From: Candidatus Bathyarchaeia archaeon
GTDB lineage: Archaea > Asgardarchaeota > Heimdallarchaeia > JABLTI01
Direction of reading: 5' to 3'
NCBI GenBank assembly: GCA_035528035.1
Contig: DATKZI010000032.1
Location: 10,375 to 34,374, forward strand
Length of the DNA: 24,000 bases
Below are positions 1 to 7,847 of this stretch, piece by piece (positions within the stretch are counted from its first letter, which is position 1; each line of letters opens with the position of its first letter). Under the pieces are notes generated by a model. It had not been told where the DNA came from. It saw nothing but the letters and a program-made list of their open reading frames with translations, and made no database searches. Made by a program: the position numbers and the translations under genes.

Positions 1-2952
1 TATAAGATCAATTATACGGGAAATTTTCTTGGGATCAATAAATTTGAATGTTTGTTCATAAAATTCCAAAGGATATCTTTTCATACAATCAACTGCATGT
101 GACTCATCATCAACTTCTCGAGGATTAAGAATGATTCCCAAGGTTAATGGTGCGTCCATTGAACCTCCACGTGTTATTGGTAGAAATTGTTTTGAGAAAT
201 CCAAAAACCCTTCAAGCATTAATATAATAGCATCCTCATCTCCATCACAATTTCTTCTTTTTGCTGCTTGCCAATAAGGATGAGCTAGATTTCCTTTTAC
301 AGAGGTAAAACCAATTATCCTTCCAGTTATTCCAGATGAAGTATGTGGTGCTAACCCTATGACAAAATGCCCTATTAAATCTGATATTCTTGTTATATTA
401 TAATATCTTGGTATACCATAAACAAGTTCTAGCATATCATCAACATATTTGGAAACACGGTAAAGAAATTCACCATTATCAAGATTTAGAACAACATCTT
501 GGATTTTTAATTCGAGTATTTGATCATCATTAATTAATGGATCATTCTCTATATCGTGAGTGTAACCTAAATTTATTAATTGTTCAATAGAAGCATTAAC
601 TTCTTTTGGTTTGAAATGCATTAGAGGTATGTCTGTAGAGTCAAAACGAATTGTTCCATCCTTATAAACGTTCAATCCATGGCGTGCTCGTAGAAATCCT
701 TTTTCAAGTATTTCAGGTATTTTTCCTCTGTTCATTAATTTTTTAACACCTTTAGTGTCAGAAGGAATTGATCCTCCAAGAGCTTTCTTGACACGCGTAA
801 TATCTTCTCTAAGATTAACGCCTCGTTCTGAATATGTTACTGTTAGTCGATTGCATGATTTGCAAAATTCCTCATTAGTTTCTCTTCCACAACTTGGACA
901 ACTTCTAATATATTCAGTTCTTTTATTACATTTAGTACAAATAGGCATATGAGTAATTAGATGACAATTTTTACATTCTCTTTGAGCAACAGTAATAGTA
1001 ATAATCTCATTTTTGGCTGCTTCCAGTATAAGTCTATTATTTCCTCCTCCTTCCATTTCTAACGGAAATAGTGAATGGATTGGTGGATTCATTTTCCTTT
1101 CTTTTGCTTTTTCTGGTCTGCCCATTCTTGCACCAGTGTAAATAGGTGATTTTAATTTAATCTCAAAAGGAACCATGTGTGTGAAGGGAGGACCAGCTTC
1201 TCGTTCAATATCTTGAGAGTTTATTTTAGGATTTTTTAGTTGCATACAATGATCTAGGATTAAATTACTCTCTTCAATCACAATATGTTGTTTTATTACT
1301 TTATGTGGTAAACCTATACGTTCAAAAATACGTTTCTGTTTAAATTCCTTCATTAAAACTATTGCATCTCTATTTCTGGTAAATTCTTGTATTTTTTCCT
1401 TATCATTAATTCTTGAGATTATCATATCACTTCGTAATTCAAAAAACTCGTCAAAAGAAATATCATGCCAAGCATAAGTAAAAAAGGGATGTAATGGAAT
1501 CATAAATTCGTAACTAAAAGATAACGCTTCTTCTTGAGTGGGTTTGGTTTTCAATGGATTTGTCAGAAATTCGAGTAAACGGTTCGAATTCATATTAAGA
1601 TGTTTGGCTGCTTCATCTATATTATTACCAAATTTTTGCTTTATTCGTGATTCTAAATATAGTACCCACCACTCTTCTACAAAACCAGATGGAATTAAAG
1701 GATGGTTATTTTCTAGGAATTCACCAAAACCAACTAATAGGTCACCCAAGAAAAGTACCTCTTTTATTTTCTTATCATATTTTGTTGCTTGCTCATAGCT
1801 ATCAATTCTAAGGACCGAACCATCTTTCAAAAGTACAACTGGACCTTCAATTGAATCCACTGGCATAACAACACTCCCCTTACCAGGTCTTTCAGTTCGA
1901 ATATGTGTTCCTGGAGCAAGAAATTCCATAACTACTTTCATAGTAGCAGGATGGATTCCTATACCAGCTAAACCAGTATTCCTGGAGTGGCCATATCTTA
2001 TTCTAAATCCTCCCGGTTTTGATGGGTGAGAAAATATTGGTCGACCAGCAATTACATCTTTTATATACCCAAAAGACGGTTGTGTTTTTGCTTTTGCTTC
2101 TTCTTTTTCTTTATTTTCTTCAGCTTTTGCTACAGTTGCTTTAACGGATTTTAACCATTCCCAATCGGTTAATCCTACTGCATTAACAGTTTTGAGAATT
2201 TTCATAGCACGTCCCACAATACCATCATTCAAAACAAGACAAGCTCCACCTCTTAATGAATTAGTTTCAATTCGTGGTAAATCTCGAAAAGCTGAAACTT
2301 CATCAGGATTTGTACTTTCACCTGTGACTTCTACGGGTAAGTTCATTACAGCATATTCTATTTGTTCTGGAGTTGTAGGACTTTGTAAATGCATTACTCT
2401 ATTATATAAATCAACTTCTTCAACAAAACGCTTCATCTCTTGTCTAGTTGCTTTATATCGTGATAGATTAAGCGCTTTTCTTACATGATCAGATATTAAG
2501 ACTGTTAGAGCTGCTTCAGTACCACCAGCTGAACGAATAGGACCAGCGAAATAAACAGCCAAATATTTTGTGTTATCCTCATTACGTTTGATCTTAACTT
2601 TAGCAATCCCTTCTAAAGGAGCGGCAGTTACACCTTCTGTAAGAATCGCTAAAGCAGTTCTAATTGCTAAATCAGCTTTTTGTTCGTCGGGAAGATCACC
2701 TATTAATTTACCCATAGCTAGTTCTTGAGCTATCTTAAAAGCAACATTTTCTCTATCCATTTGTTTACTTAGACTACTAATTCGATCAGCGATACCCTTG
2801 ATACCCATTAATCCTTCAACTTTACCTGCAACATCTTTCGCAAGATGAATTTCAGGTTCAATTTCTGGATCTAAACCTTTTTCTCTTGCCTTGCTTGCCA
2901 AAGCATATAATTTATACACTTCTTCTTCTAGCATTTGAAAATAAGCTTTCAT
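1..2952 (-). CDS. polC: DNA polymerase II (PolD) large catalytic subunit DP2; first ~984 codons, C-terminus runs off the left edge
   Basis: Absent from the ORF track because no stop codon lies in the window. Manual minus-strand translation from the ATG at 2952..2950 is open to position 1: MKAYFQMLEEEVYKLYALASKAREKGLDPEIEPEIHLAKDVAGKVEGL... It contains YFAGPIRSAGGTEAA, GRPIFSHPSKPGGFRIRYGHSRNTG, a Cys cluster (CKNCH..CTKC..CPSCG..CKSC) and the DP2 catalytic KRRNCDGDEDA motif. In-frame TTG codons at 2970 and 2979 are alternative starts; an upstream in-frame stop lies at 3004-3006. Confidence 0.93.
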   Translation of the reverse strand, partial: MKAYFQMLEEEVYKLYALASKAREKGLDPEIEPEIHLAKDVAGKVEGLMGIKGIADRISSLSKQMDRENVAFKIAQELAMGKLIGDLPDEQKADLAIRTALAILTEGVTAAPLEGIAKVKIKRNEDNTKYLAVYFAGPIRSAGGTEAALTVLISDHVRKALNLSRYKATRQEMKRFVEEVDLYNRVMHLQSPTTPEQIEYAVMNLPVEVTGESTNPDEVSAFRDLPRIETNSLRGGACLVLNDGIVGRAMKILKTVNAVGLTDWEWLKSVKATVAKAEENKEKEEAKAKTQPSFGYIKDVIAGRPIFSHPSKPGGFRIRYGHSRNTGLAGIGIHPATMKVVMEFLAPGTHIRTERPGKGSVVMPVDSIEGPVVLLKDGSVLRIDSYEQATKYDKKIKEVLFLGDLLVGFGEFLENNHPLIPSGFVEEWWVLYLESRIKQKFGNNIDEAAKHLNMNSNRLLEFLTNPLKTKPTQEEALSFSYEFMIPLHPFFTYAWHDISFDEFFELRSDMIISRINDKEKIQEFTRNRDAIVLMKEFKQKRIFERIGLPHKVIKQHIVIEESNLILDHCMQLKNPKINSQDIEREAGPPFTHMVPFEIKLKSPIYTGARMGRPEKAKERKMNPPIHSLFPLEMEGGGNNRLILEAAKNEIITITVAQRECKNCHLITHMPICTKCNKRTEYIRSCPSCGRETNEEFCKSCNRLTVTYSERGVNLREDITRVKKALGGSIPSDTKGVKKLMNRGKIPEILEKGFLRARHGLNVYKDGTIRFDSTDIPLMHFKPKEVNASIEQLINLGYTHDIENDPLINDDQILELKIQDVVLNLDNGEFLYRVSKYVDDMLELVYGIPRYYNITRISDLIGHFVIGLAPHTSSGITGRIIGFTSVKGNLAHPYWQAAKRRNCDGDEDAIILMLEGFLDFSKQFLPITRGGSMDAPLTLGIILNPREVDDESHAVDCMKRYPLEFYEQTFKFIDPKKISRIIDLI

Positions 2953-3102
2953 GTTATCAGAGGCAGCCAATTCAACCAATTTAGTTTCACAACTTGTATT
3001 TGTTTATCGTTTCACGTGTTTAGTTTATCCTATTTCTTAAGTAGAAAATTCTATTTAATAATTCTAGTACTACGATTCACTTTAGTTTTTTTTAGTTTTA
3101 AA

Positions 3103-4698
3103 TTAAGGAATTAACAAATAAGCATTTTCTATAATTGATTTCCCTATCAATGAAGGAATTAATCCTAAAATAATTAATCCTAATGCAACGATCGTCCCAA
3201 TAATTGATGTCATTGATACATCTTGACTTAATCCTCCCGAGATTAAAGTTGAATCCTGATCTGGTTTATCAAATAAAAGATACTTGATGACAACGAGATA
3301 ACTGATAAGCATCAGTACTAGGATAAAGATAATTATTATTGTGTAACTGATATAATTCAATTGGATCAATGTAAATAGTAGCATATAGAGATTAACTCCA
3401 CCAAACATAGGTAATAAACCAATCATTGAAGCTAATCCGACAATTAGATTAAATGTTGTTAATGGATATTCTCTTCCCACACCACGAAGATCGATTAGTT
3501 TTTCACTTCTATTCCTTTTAATCATCAAATTATCTTTAGCAATAAAAGCAAGAAATGATGTTATACCTATGTTGATTATCTGTAAAATACTATAACCAAA
3601 GCATTCCTTAACTGAAAAGAGTGTTTCCTCGGTTCCTGAGTTAACCATTCCACCTATAGATATTCCAGTTAAAATCACACCAATATTTACAAAGATTGTA
3701 TAGATGATAATTTTTGATAAAGTAATATTCTCTTTATCTTTTCGAGTTACCTGATAGACAAGAACAAGAACTCCTTCTAAAGCTGTCATTAGTCCAATTA
3801 TCGCTAAAATTAATGGATAATTAATTATCGTCATTTGTGTTGTATCAAAGAATGAAAATAATACCTTGAAGATTGACAACAATGCTAAACCACTAACTAT
3901 TCCCACTGAGAATACTTGTGTACTAGCACTTGATTTTTCTATTGCATTTGGCATCCAAAGATTCAGCATGAAAATATTTGCAAGTAGACCAAATCCTACA
4001 ATAGTTAGTGCTATTATTAAATAGATAATTGCTTTTGCATCTGTAGTGATTCGTTCTGAATTCAATAAAACAACGTCATCATGAATATAATCATAATTTA
4101 GTGTGCCAAATAAACCATAACATAATATTACTGCAGTTAATATGAATACTACACTCAAACTAATCAAAATAAAAGCTCGCATTCCACCTTCTCTAAGATC
4201 CTCTTGACGTTTCTGAAATGCAATTAATGTTATAAGAGATATCCCAATTATTATCCAGCCAAGTAGTGTTGTAAAGAAATCATTTGCTAAAACACTGGCA
4301 TTAATTCCTGTAACTAAGAAGAGTATTAGTCCGATATAAATAGGTCCTTCAGCTTTACCTCTTTGCTTGACGGATTCATAGAAGAGTATTAACACAACAA
4401 TTATGTTTAGCACTAGAAGGAAGATACTGGTAAAACCATCCACTTTAAATTGAACGCCACTAGGAGCACTAAATTCTGCCCCTAAAACAGTTTTATAGAA
4501 TCCAAACAAAGCACCAGAGCCATTTTTAATTCGATAATACAAAGCAGCCAATATCATAATATTAGCGATAATACCCCCAGCAGCTATTTCTCCTGAAAAT
4601 CCTTTCAACCATTTCTTTAATCCAATAATGAATATAGCCATTATGAATGGTAGAAATATTGTTGATAAGATTAGAAAGTTAACAGAAATTTCTGCCAT
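3103..4698 (-). CDS. Antiporter-like polytopic membrane subunit, MrpD/NuoM/NuoN family, highly divergent
   Basis: ORF track 3103..4761 (552 aa), TM-rich throughout. NLWMPNAIEKSSASTQVF aligns to the W-L-P-D-A..PT..S core of proton-conducting membrane transporter subunits. I prefer the ATG at 4698 (MAEISVNF...) because it forms a TAATG stop/start overlap with the upstream gene. The longer ORF would overlap that gene by 64 nt. Confidence 0.75.
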   Translation of the reverse strand: MAEISVNFLILSTIFLPFIMAIFIIGLKKWLKGFSGEIAAGGIIANIMILAALYYRIKNGSGALFGFYKTVLGAEFSAPSGVQFKVDGFTSIFLLVLNIIVVLILFYESVKQRGKAEGPIYIGLILFLVTGINASVLANDFFTTLLGWIIIGISLITLIAFQKRQEDLREGGMRAFILISLSVVFILTAVILCYGLFGTLNYDYIHDDVVLLNSERITTDAKAIIYLIIALTIVGFGLLANIFMLNLWMPNAIEKSSASTQVFSVGIVSGLALLSIFKVLFSFFDTTQMTIINYPLILAIIGLMTALEGVLVLVYQVTRKDKENITLSKIIIYTIFVNIGVILTGISIGGMVNSGTEETLFSVKECFGYSILQIINIGITSFLAFIAKDNLMIKRNRSEKLIDLRGVGREYPLTTFNLIVGLASMIGLLPMFGGVNLYMLLFTLIQLNYISYTIIIIFILVLMLISYLVVIKYLLFDKPDQDSTLISGGLSQDVSMTSIIGTIVALGLIILGLIPSLIGKSIIENAYLLIP

Positions 4699-6617
4699 TA
4701 AATTGAACCTCCCATTATTAGGAATATACATATTAATAATACCACTGAGAGAACTGCCCAAATAATACTACCAAAAGGTGCCTTAATCCGAGTCCAAGAG
4801 AAGAATCGTCCTAAATAGTCAATTGGTCTAAAGATCAATAGCTCATAAATTTTATCCAAATATAGACCGTTTACAAAGAATTTCTTAAAGGGCAAAATAA
4901 ATTTACTGTTCTTAAATTTGAATAGAATATTTCCTTCCCCATCTCGATAAATAAAATAACCTGCAAGAAATGCTGATATAGATGTCAGTAAAATAATAGG
5001 GGATGAAATAAAATTAGCAGTAAAGGGTGAATCATAATTTAAGGTGAAAATTCGTCCAAGCAATCCTGAAAATAGAAATGGTTTGGGATAACCTATGAGA
5101 ATGAGAACCAGACCAGATAACATCGACCAACCTAAAGCTGCTCCCGTTGAGATAAGAGAAAGTGATTTCAAAGGTCTGGTAGAATAATCCTCAACCATTT
5201 CTCCATAAAATATCTGCATATAAACTTTCATTATAGCAAAAATAACAAACATAGAGCAAATTATTGTTAAAATATAAAGTCCCCAATGTGTAGGAATATT
5301 ACTTGTACGTAATGCTTCAAATATCATATCTTTTGAAAAATACATACTTGATGGGAAGATTCCTGCAAAACTTGCTATGGAGAAAACACCAAATAAATGT
5401 AAAAGAGGGTGTTTGTCTTTTATACCATTAACTCGAGAGATGTCTTTAATTCGCAAGGATTCAATGACTGATCCAAAAACAAGAGCTAGAGCTATTACCG
5501 TCGGTGCACCTGCTATAATTTGAAAAATAGTTCCAACAAGTCCAATTGTAGTGTTGGAGCTAAAACTCAATAAAGCTAGACTAAGTTGTGCAATTCCTGC
5601 ACCAATTGTTACTCGATTAATGTTTTTAGCAACTAATATGAAGCCCACAACTACAACTAACGAAAGTATAGCTATCCAACCAATCAACATAAATGGAGCA
5701 GAATGATATAGCTCAATATTTGTACCTTCTTCTAACCCCTTGCGCGAAAATAATGGATAAAAAGTACATAGAAGAAATAAGCCTATATTTCCCACTGTAA
5801 CTGAAATTAAGCTGGATGAGATTGGGAGTGGTGCTTTAGAAATATCATAATCCGATTTTTGACCACCTATAGGCCATAAAAGAAAAGGTATTTGAGCTGA
5901 TTTAATTAGAGCACCTATTGCAATAAATAACTTGATTAGCAATCTTGTAGTCCTACTTGAGTCACCAATAATCCTTATCGGTTGTTGGGACCAAACATTG
6001 ATAATATTACTAATTACTGGTGTTTTGAATGCTACAAGAATAAAGCTGAATCCAATTAGAAGGAATATATCGCCAATTACACTCATGATCAAATATCTTA
6101 TTGCTGCTTTTCCTGCTTTGTCTCCTTCTTCACCCGATTTCTTATACCAGTGTGAAATAAGGAAAAATGCTCCAATAGCTGCAACTTCGATTCCTCCAAA
6201 CATCCAAAACAAGTTATTAGAGAAGATTATCATCATCATTGCTGAAACTGTTAATTGAAAGAAGAACCAATATCGTGTGCGATTTCGATCATAACTCATA
6301 TAGGATATTGAGTATAATGCTAATAGAGCTGAAAGACATATGATAGCACATGCTAAAACAATTGAGACTTCATTGATACGTAAACCAATAACTATCCCTG
6401 GCAACCAACTTACAGAATAAGTGGCTGGAACGTGAAGATACTTGAATAATATAAATGAGACTATTATTGATGGAAGGAAGATCAATATAAATATCAACCA
6501 ATCTCGAGTCTTACCTTCTGCTGCAACAGCATCTTCAAGTCTTCCAAAGAAAATCCCTAAAAGTGTACCTACTGCAGGAATAATAATCAACAGTGCTGCT
6601 AATAATAAACCACTCAT
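4698..6617 (-). CDS. MrpA/NuoL-like antiporter-type membrane subunit
   Basis: 639 aa. It has a NuoL-type N-terminal region (YMSYDRNRTRYWFFFQL). FGGIEVAAIGAFFLISHW matches GWE.vGl.SylLI. IKSAQIPFLLWP matches KSAQ.P...WLP. FSKDMIFEAL matches F.SKD.I. C-terminal GLYLDKIYELLIFRPIDYLGRFF plus a final TM resembles the NuoL/MrpA lateral-helix segment. ATGA overlap with the upstream gene at 6614-6617. Confidence 0.85.
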   Translation of the reverse strand: MSGLLLAALLIIIPAVGTLLGIFFGRLEDAVAAEGKTRDWLIFILIFLPSIIVSFILFKYLHVPATYSVSWLPGIVIGLRINEVSIVLACAIICLSALLALYSISYMSYDRNRTRYWFFFQLTVSAMMMIIFSNNLFWMFGGIEVAAIGAFFLISHWYKKSGEEGDKAGKAAIRYLIMSVIGDIFLLIGFSFILVAFKTPVISNIINVWSQQPIRIIGDSSRTTRLLIKLFIAIGALIKSAQIPFLLWPIGGQKSDYDISKAPLPISSSLISVTVGNIGLFLLCTFYPLFSRKGLEEGTNIELYHSAPFMLIGWIAILSLVVVVGFILVAKNINRVTIGAGIAQLSLALLSFSSNTTIGLVGTIFQIIAGAPTVIALALVFGSVIESLRIKDISRVNGIKDKHPLLHLFGVFSIASFAGIFPSSMYFSKDMIFEALRTSNIPTHWGLYILTIICSMFVIFAIMKVYMQIFYGEMVEDYSTRPLKSLSLISTGAALGWSMLSGLVLILIGYPKPFLFSGLLGRIFTLNYDSPFTANFISSPIILLTSISAFLAGYFIYRDGEGNILFKFKNSKFILPFKKFFVNGLYLDKIYELLIFRPIDYLGRFFSWTRIKAPFGSIIWAVLSVVLLICIFLIMGGSI

Positions 6618-7027
6618 ACTATTTCCACTCCTTTATCATCTTTTTGAGTTTCTTCTTTTTCAGATGTAGAAGTTACTTCTTCTTGAGGTTTTTTAATTAA
6701 CCCCTCAAACTCGAAGTTGAAATCTAATATTGTAGAATCACCACTCTGTTTTAATTGTCTTTCAATGGATGTTCCTACAATCAGAAAAACTAATCCAATT
6801 ACTACAATAAATATTGATAGTGTGTGTGCTAAAGGTGAAGGGTAGAGTGTAGAACCTTCATTTCCTAATCCAAAAGAGAGTAATAATAAATTTGCTGCCA
6901 TCAGTAATATCTCTATACTAAATATGACACGAAGAAAATGTTTGCTTGTAATTAACCCATAAATACCTATACCAAATAATGTTATAACAGCTATTAATGT
7001 ATAAGGAAAAAGCGTAGACCAATCCAT
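6614..7027 (-). CDS. MrpC/NuoK-like small membrane subunit with acidic C-terminal tail
   Basis: 137 aa with three predicted TM segments. FSIEILLMAANLLLLSFG resembles the NuoK/MbhG TM2 with its Glu. YPSPLAHTLSIFIVVIGLVFLIVG aligns to MrpC dPLPQALiLTAIVI.f. The tail is acidic (KKPQEEVTSTSEKEETQKDDKGVEIV). TAATG overlap with the upstream gene at 7027. Confidence 0.7.
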   Translation of the reverse strand: MDWSTLFPYTLIAVITLFGIGIYGLITSKHFLRVIFSIEILLMAANLLLLSFGLGNEGSTLYPSPLAHTLSIFIVVIGLVFLIVGTSIERQLKQSGDSTILDFNFEFEGLIKKPQEEVTSTSEKEETQKDDKGVEIV

Positions 7028-7362
7028 TAATAGCTTCTCCTCCTTTGTTCCTGCATTGGTTTTGAAATCATATGTTTATACCCTACAAAATAATATGCTG
7101 AAATTACTCCCAATAGAACAATTATAAAAATCAATAATAAATCTAAAACTCTAAAAGTCCAAAGATATTTACCAATTTGCTTTACTAAAATAACAAAATT
7201 AAAACTTTCTGGTGTCGCTCCTCCTGAATGGAATAAACTCGAATCTAAATCAAGTAATGATATTGTAATGATTAATACAAATAATCCTGAAACAATTAAT
7301 CCTATACCTCGGACAAACCATTGATTTGTTCTTCGCTTAGTTTCATCACTCATTTTAAACAC
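7027..7362 (-). CDS. Small membrane protein, possibly MnhB-domain (MrpB/MbhE)-like
   Basis: 111 aa, 2-3 TM. WTFRVLDLLLIFIIVLLGV loosely matches the yRg.DTlgE..Vl motif of MnhB-domain proteins (R and D kept, Glu position is Ile). Its position immediately upstream of the MrpC-like gene matches Mrp/Mbh gene order. The assignment is tentative. Confidence 0.4.
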   Translation of the reverse strand: MFKMSDETKRRTNQWFVRGIGLIVSGLFVLIITISLLDLDSSLFHSGGATPESFNFVILVKQIGKYLWTFRVLDLLLIFIIVLLGVISAYYFVGYKHMISKPMQEQRRRSY

Positions 7363-7368
7363 CCTTGA

Positions 7369-7791
7369 TTATATTTCCCTTAAATCTCTTTGAACTGTGC
7401 GTTTAGATCTTACCTTTGCTCGGTCGATTAGCATCAAACTAAAGAATATTAGAATGACTACGAAGAGGATAAATGGCCATATATCTCTTAACGATAAGTT
7501 ATTCTTAAATCCAAAAAATGATACCATAAGAAAAATTGCACACACGCTGAAACTAATGATATAAACTGTATACAGATATAAATCATTTAGATGTTTACCA
7601 GTAGTTTTTACTTTAGTTATTGGTTCTTTAGTATCCTCAAATGTTTGGGATTGAGTTTCATTTGTTGGTTCCATCTTTTCTGTATCCTTATCCTTCTCTA
7701 TAACAGAGAAAAGGGTCATTAAGATAAATATTATTATCCCAAATAAAGCTAGAAATGTTCCCAATACCTTAATAGTCAATCCAATGAACAT
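7369..7791 (-). CDS. Membrane protein of unknown family; first gene of the coupled membrane-subunit block
   Basis: 140 aa, ATG start. An N-terminal TM is followed by a ~45-aa acidic/Thr-rich loop (EKDKDTEKMEPTNETQSQTFEDTKEPITKVKTTGK), 2-3 more TM segments and a basic tail. It is 6 nt from the next gene and 56 nt downstream of the 896-aa gene. No MrpE/F/G motif recognised. Confidence 0.5.
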   Translation of the reverse strand: MFIGLTIKVLGTFLALFGIIIFILMTLFSVIEKDKDTEKMEPTNETQSQTFEDTKEPITKVKTTGKHLNDLYLYTVYIISFSVCAIFLMVSFFGFKNNLSLRDIWPFILFVVILIFFSLMLIDRAKVRSKRTVQRDLREI

Positions 7792-7847
7792 ATTTACCCA
7801 ACTATTATAGCTCTATATCAAGCATAAAAGCTTTTATTATTTATATT

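Noticed and set aside
755-2488. Plus-strand ORFs 755..952, 1538..1798 and 2192..2488 from the track
   Set aside because: They lie antisense within the continuous, strongly motif-supported PolD DP2 reading frame. Their translations are low-complexity and have no start context.
1-2952. Possible intein within PolD DP2
   Set aside because: The translated sequence is colinear with DP2 motifs throughout the window. I saw no insertion carrying intein splice-junction or homing-endonuclease-like blocks, although the C-terminal part lies outside the window.
2953-3102. Direct GTTTCAC repeats (2984-2990, 3009-3015) plus a CACGTG palindrome (3013-3018) upstream of PolD, considered as replication-origin (ORB-like) elements
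   Set aside because: There are only two short repeats, with no Orc1/Cdc6 gene, no extended AT-rich unwinding element beyond background, and no longer ORB-type consensus. A promoter-proximal element or chance is more likely.
4699-4761. 21-codon N-terminal extension of the MrpD-like ORF (MGSSLSGIINMYIPNNGRFNL)
   Set aside because: It would overlap the upstream MrpA-like gene by 64 nt. The ATG at 4698 gives the same TAATG coupling junction seen at 7027 and begins directly at the first TM segment.
5932-6669. Plus-strand ORFs 5932..6258 and 6442..6669
   Set aside because: They are antisense to the MrpA/NuoL-like gene, with no independent support.
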